This document shows positions 63,192 to 64,000 of a DNA stretch of 64,000 bases, in pieces (positions within the stretch are counted from its first letter, which is position 1; each line of letters opens with the position of its first letter). The position numbers were made by a program, and so were the translations under genes. The stretch comes from an uncultured Candidatus Rokubacteria bacterium (lineage in GTDB: Bacteria > Methylomirabilota > Methylomirabilia > Rokubacteriales > DASRDR01): positions 448,001 to 512,000 of the forward strand of contig CAVPSB010000013.1 in the NCBI GenBank assembly GCA_963708025.1, in the 5' to 3' direction. Under the pieces are notes generated by a model, which saw nothing but the letters and a program-made list of their open reading frames with translations, was not told where the DNA came from and made no database searches.

Positions 63192-63238
63192 ACAGCGTCC
63201 GAGCACCCACCCACGAGCGAGGCCGGTCTGACCTCCCG

Positions 63239-64000
63239 TCACGCCTCCTCGTGGACCACGCGCCCGCCGACGACGGTCAGGCGCGACTCGATCCCCGGGA
63301 GCTCCTCGAGCGGCGCCGCCAGCGGGTCGCGGTCGAGCACCGCCAGGTCGGCGGCGTAGCCGGGCGCCAGGACGCCGCGCTCGCGCTCCGCGAACGTCAC
63401 CCACGCGCCACCGACCGTGAGCGCACGGAGCGCCTGGACCCGCGTGAGACGCTCGGAGGCCCCGAGGATCTCGCCGGTCGTCATGTCGCGCCGCGCGACG
63501 GCGGCCGCGAAAGCGAGCCAGGGGTCGGCGGGCTTGTTGTCGGTGGCGAGGCCGAACGGGATCCGGTGGCGGGCGAGGCTCCGGTGGGGCACGAGCCGCT
63601 CGGCCGCCCCGCCCAGGCGCGCGACCTCGGCGGCGCCCGAGCGCCAGAGGTAGCTGATCGGGTTCGTCGTCACCACCGCCCCGAGCCGCCGGATGCGCGC
63701 CAGCTCGTCCGGCGTCGCGCCCGCCGGGTGGACGAGCACCCAGCGCCGCCCGGCGATGGGTGTCCGGGCGTGGATCGCTTCCCAGGCGTCGAGCACCTCC
63801 GGCAGGCAGCGCGTGACGAGCGTGCTGACGCGGAGTCCATGGCGCGCGGCCAGCTCCGCCTGCACGCGGTAGGCTCGGGGCGAGTTCGCGCTCTCGACGA
63901 AGCCCGCCCAGCCCGTGTAGGGCTGGCTCTGGTGCAGGAGGCGCGCGACCTCCGGGTCACCCCCCCAGTGCAGGCAGATGCCCGCGATGCGCAGGCAGTC
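63239..64000 (-). CDS. Amidohydrolase-3 (YtcJ-like) protein, C-terminal part; 5' end outside window; frameshift near 63870
   Basis: ALRALTVGGA...RGVLAPGYAADLAVLDRDP...TVVGGRVVH. Confidence 0.8.
   Translation of the reverse strand, partial: DCLRIAGICLHWGGDPEVARLLHQSQPYTGWAGFVESANSPRAYRVQAELAARHGLRVSTLVTRCLPEVLDAWEAIHARTPIAGRRWVLVHPAGATPDELARIRRLGAVVTTNPISYLWRSGAAEVARLGGAAERLVPHRSLARHRIPFGLATDNKPADPWLAFAAAVARRDMTTGEILGASERLTRVQALRALTVGGAWVTFAERERGVLAPGYAADLAVLDRDPLAAPLEELPGIESRLTVVGGRVVHEEA

Overview
High-GC bacterial accessory region with about 65 genes or gene remnants. The gene content (many family-5 and PF04392-type solute-binding proteins, LLM/amidohydrolase/SDR enzymes, a zinc-ribbon cyclase-AAA protein) resembles Candidatus Rokubacteria, but that is inference. 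Many otherwise intact genes carry single-base frameshifts, probably long-read assembly errors. I found no rRNA, tRNA, CRISPR array or intact transposase/integrase. Main points: (1) a divergent 7TM sensor kinase and sigma54 activator next to a consensus sigma54 promoter driving two tandem FeeM-like N-acyl amino acid synthases, a candidate acyl-amide signalling module; (2) an exported peroxiredoxin-like selenoprotein (in-frame TGA plus SECIS-like hairpin) paired with a TlpA and divergent from a RoxA/MauG-like diheme lipoprotein; (3) a Co-type nitrile hydratase operon whose activator is fused to a Cys-rich ferredoxin-like domain; (4) two inverted 54-bp att-like sites flanking a 5.2-kb segment; (5) a LytS/LytTR module with a secreted CxxCH protein; (6) a two-hairpin intergenic repeat family with a compensatory base change, and integron-cassette-like remnants.
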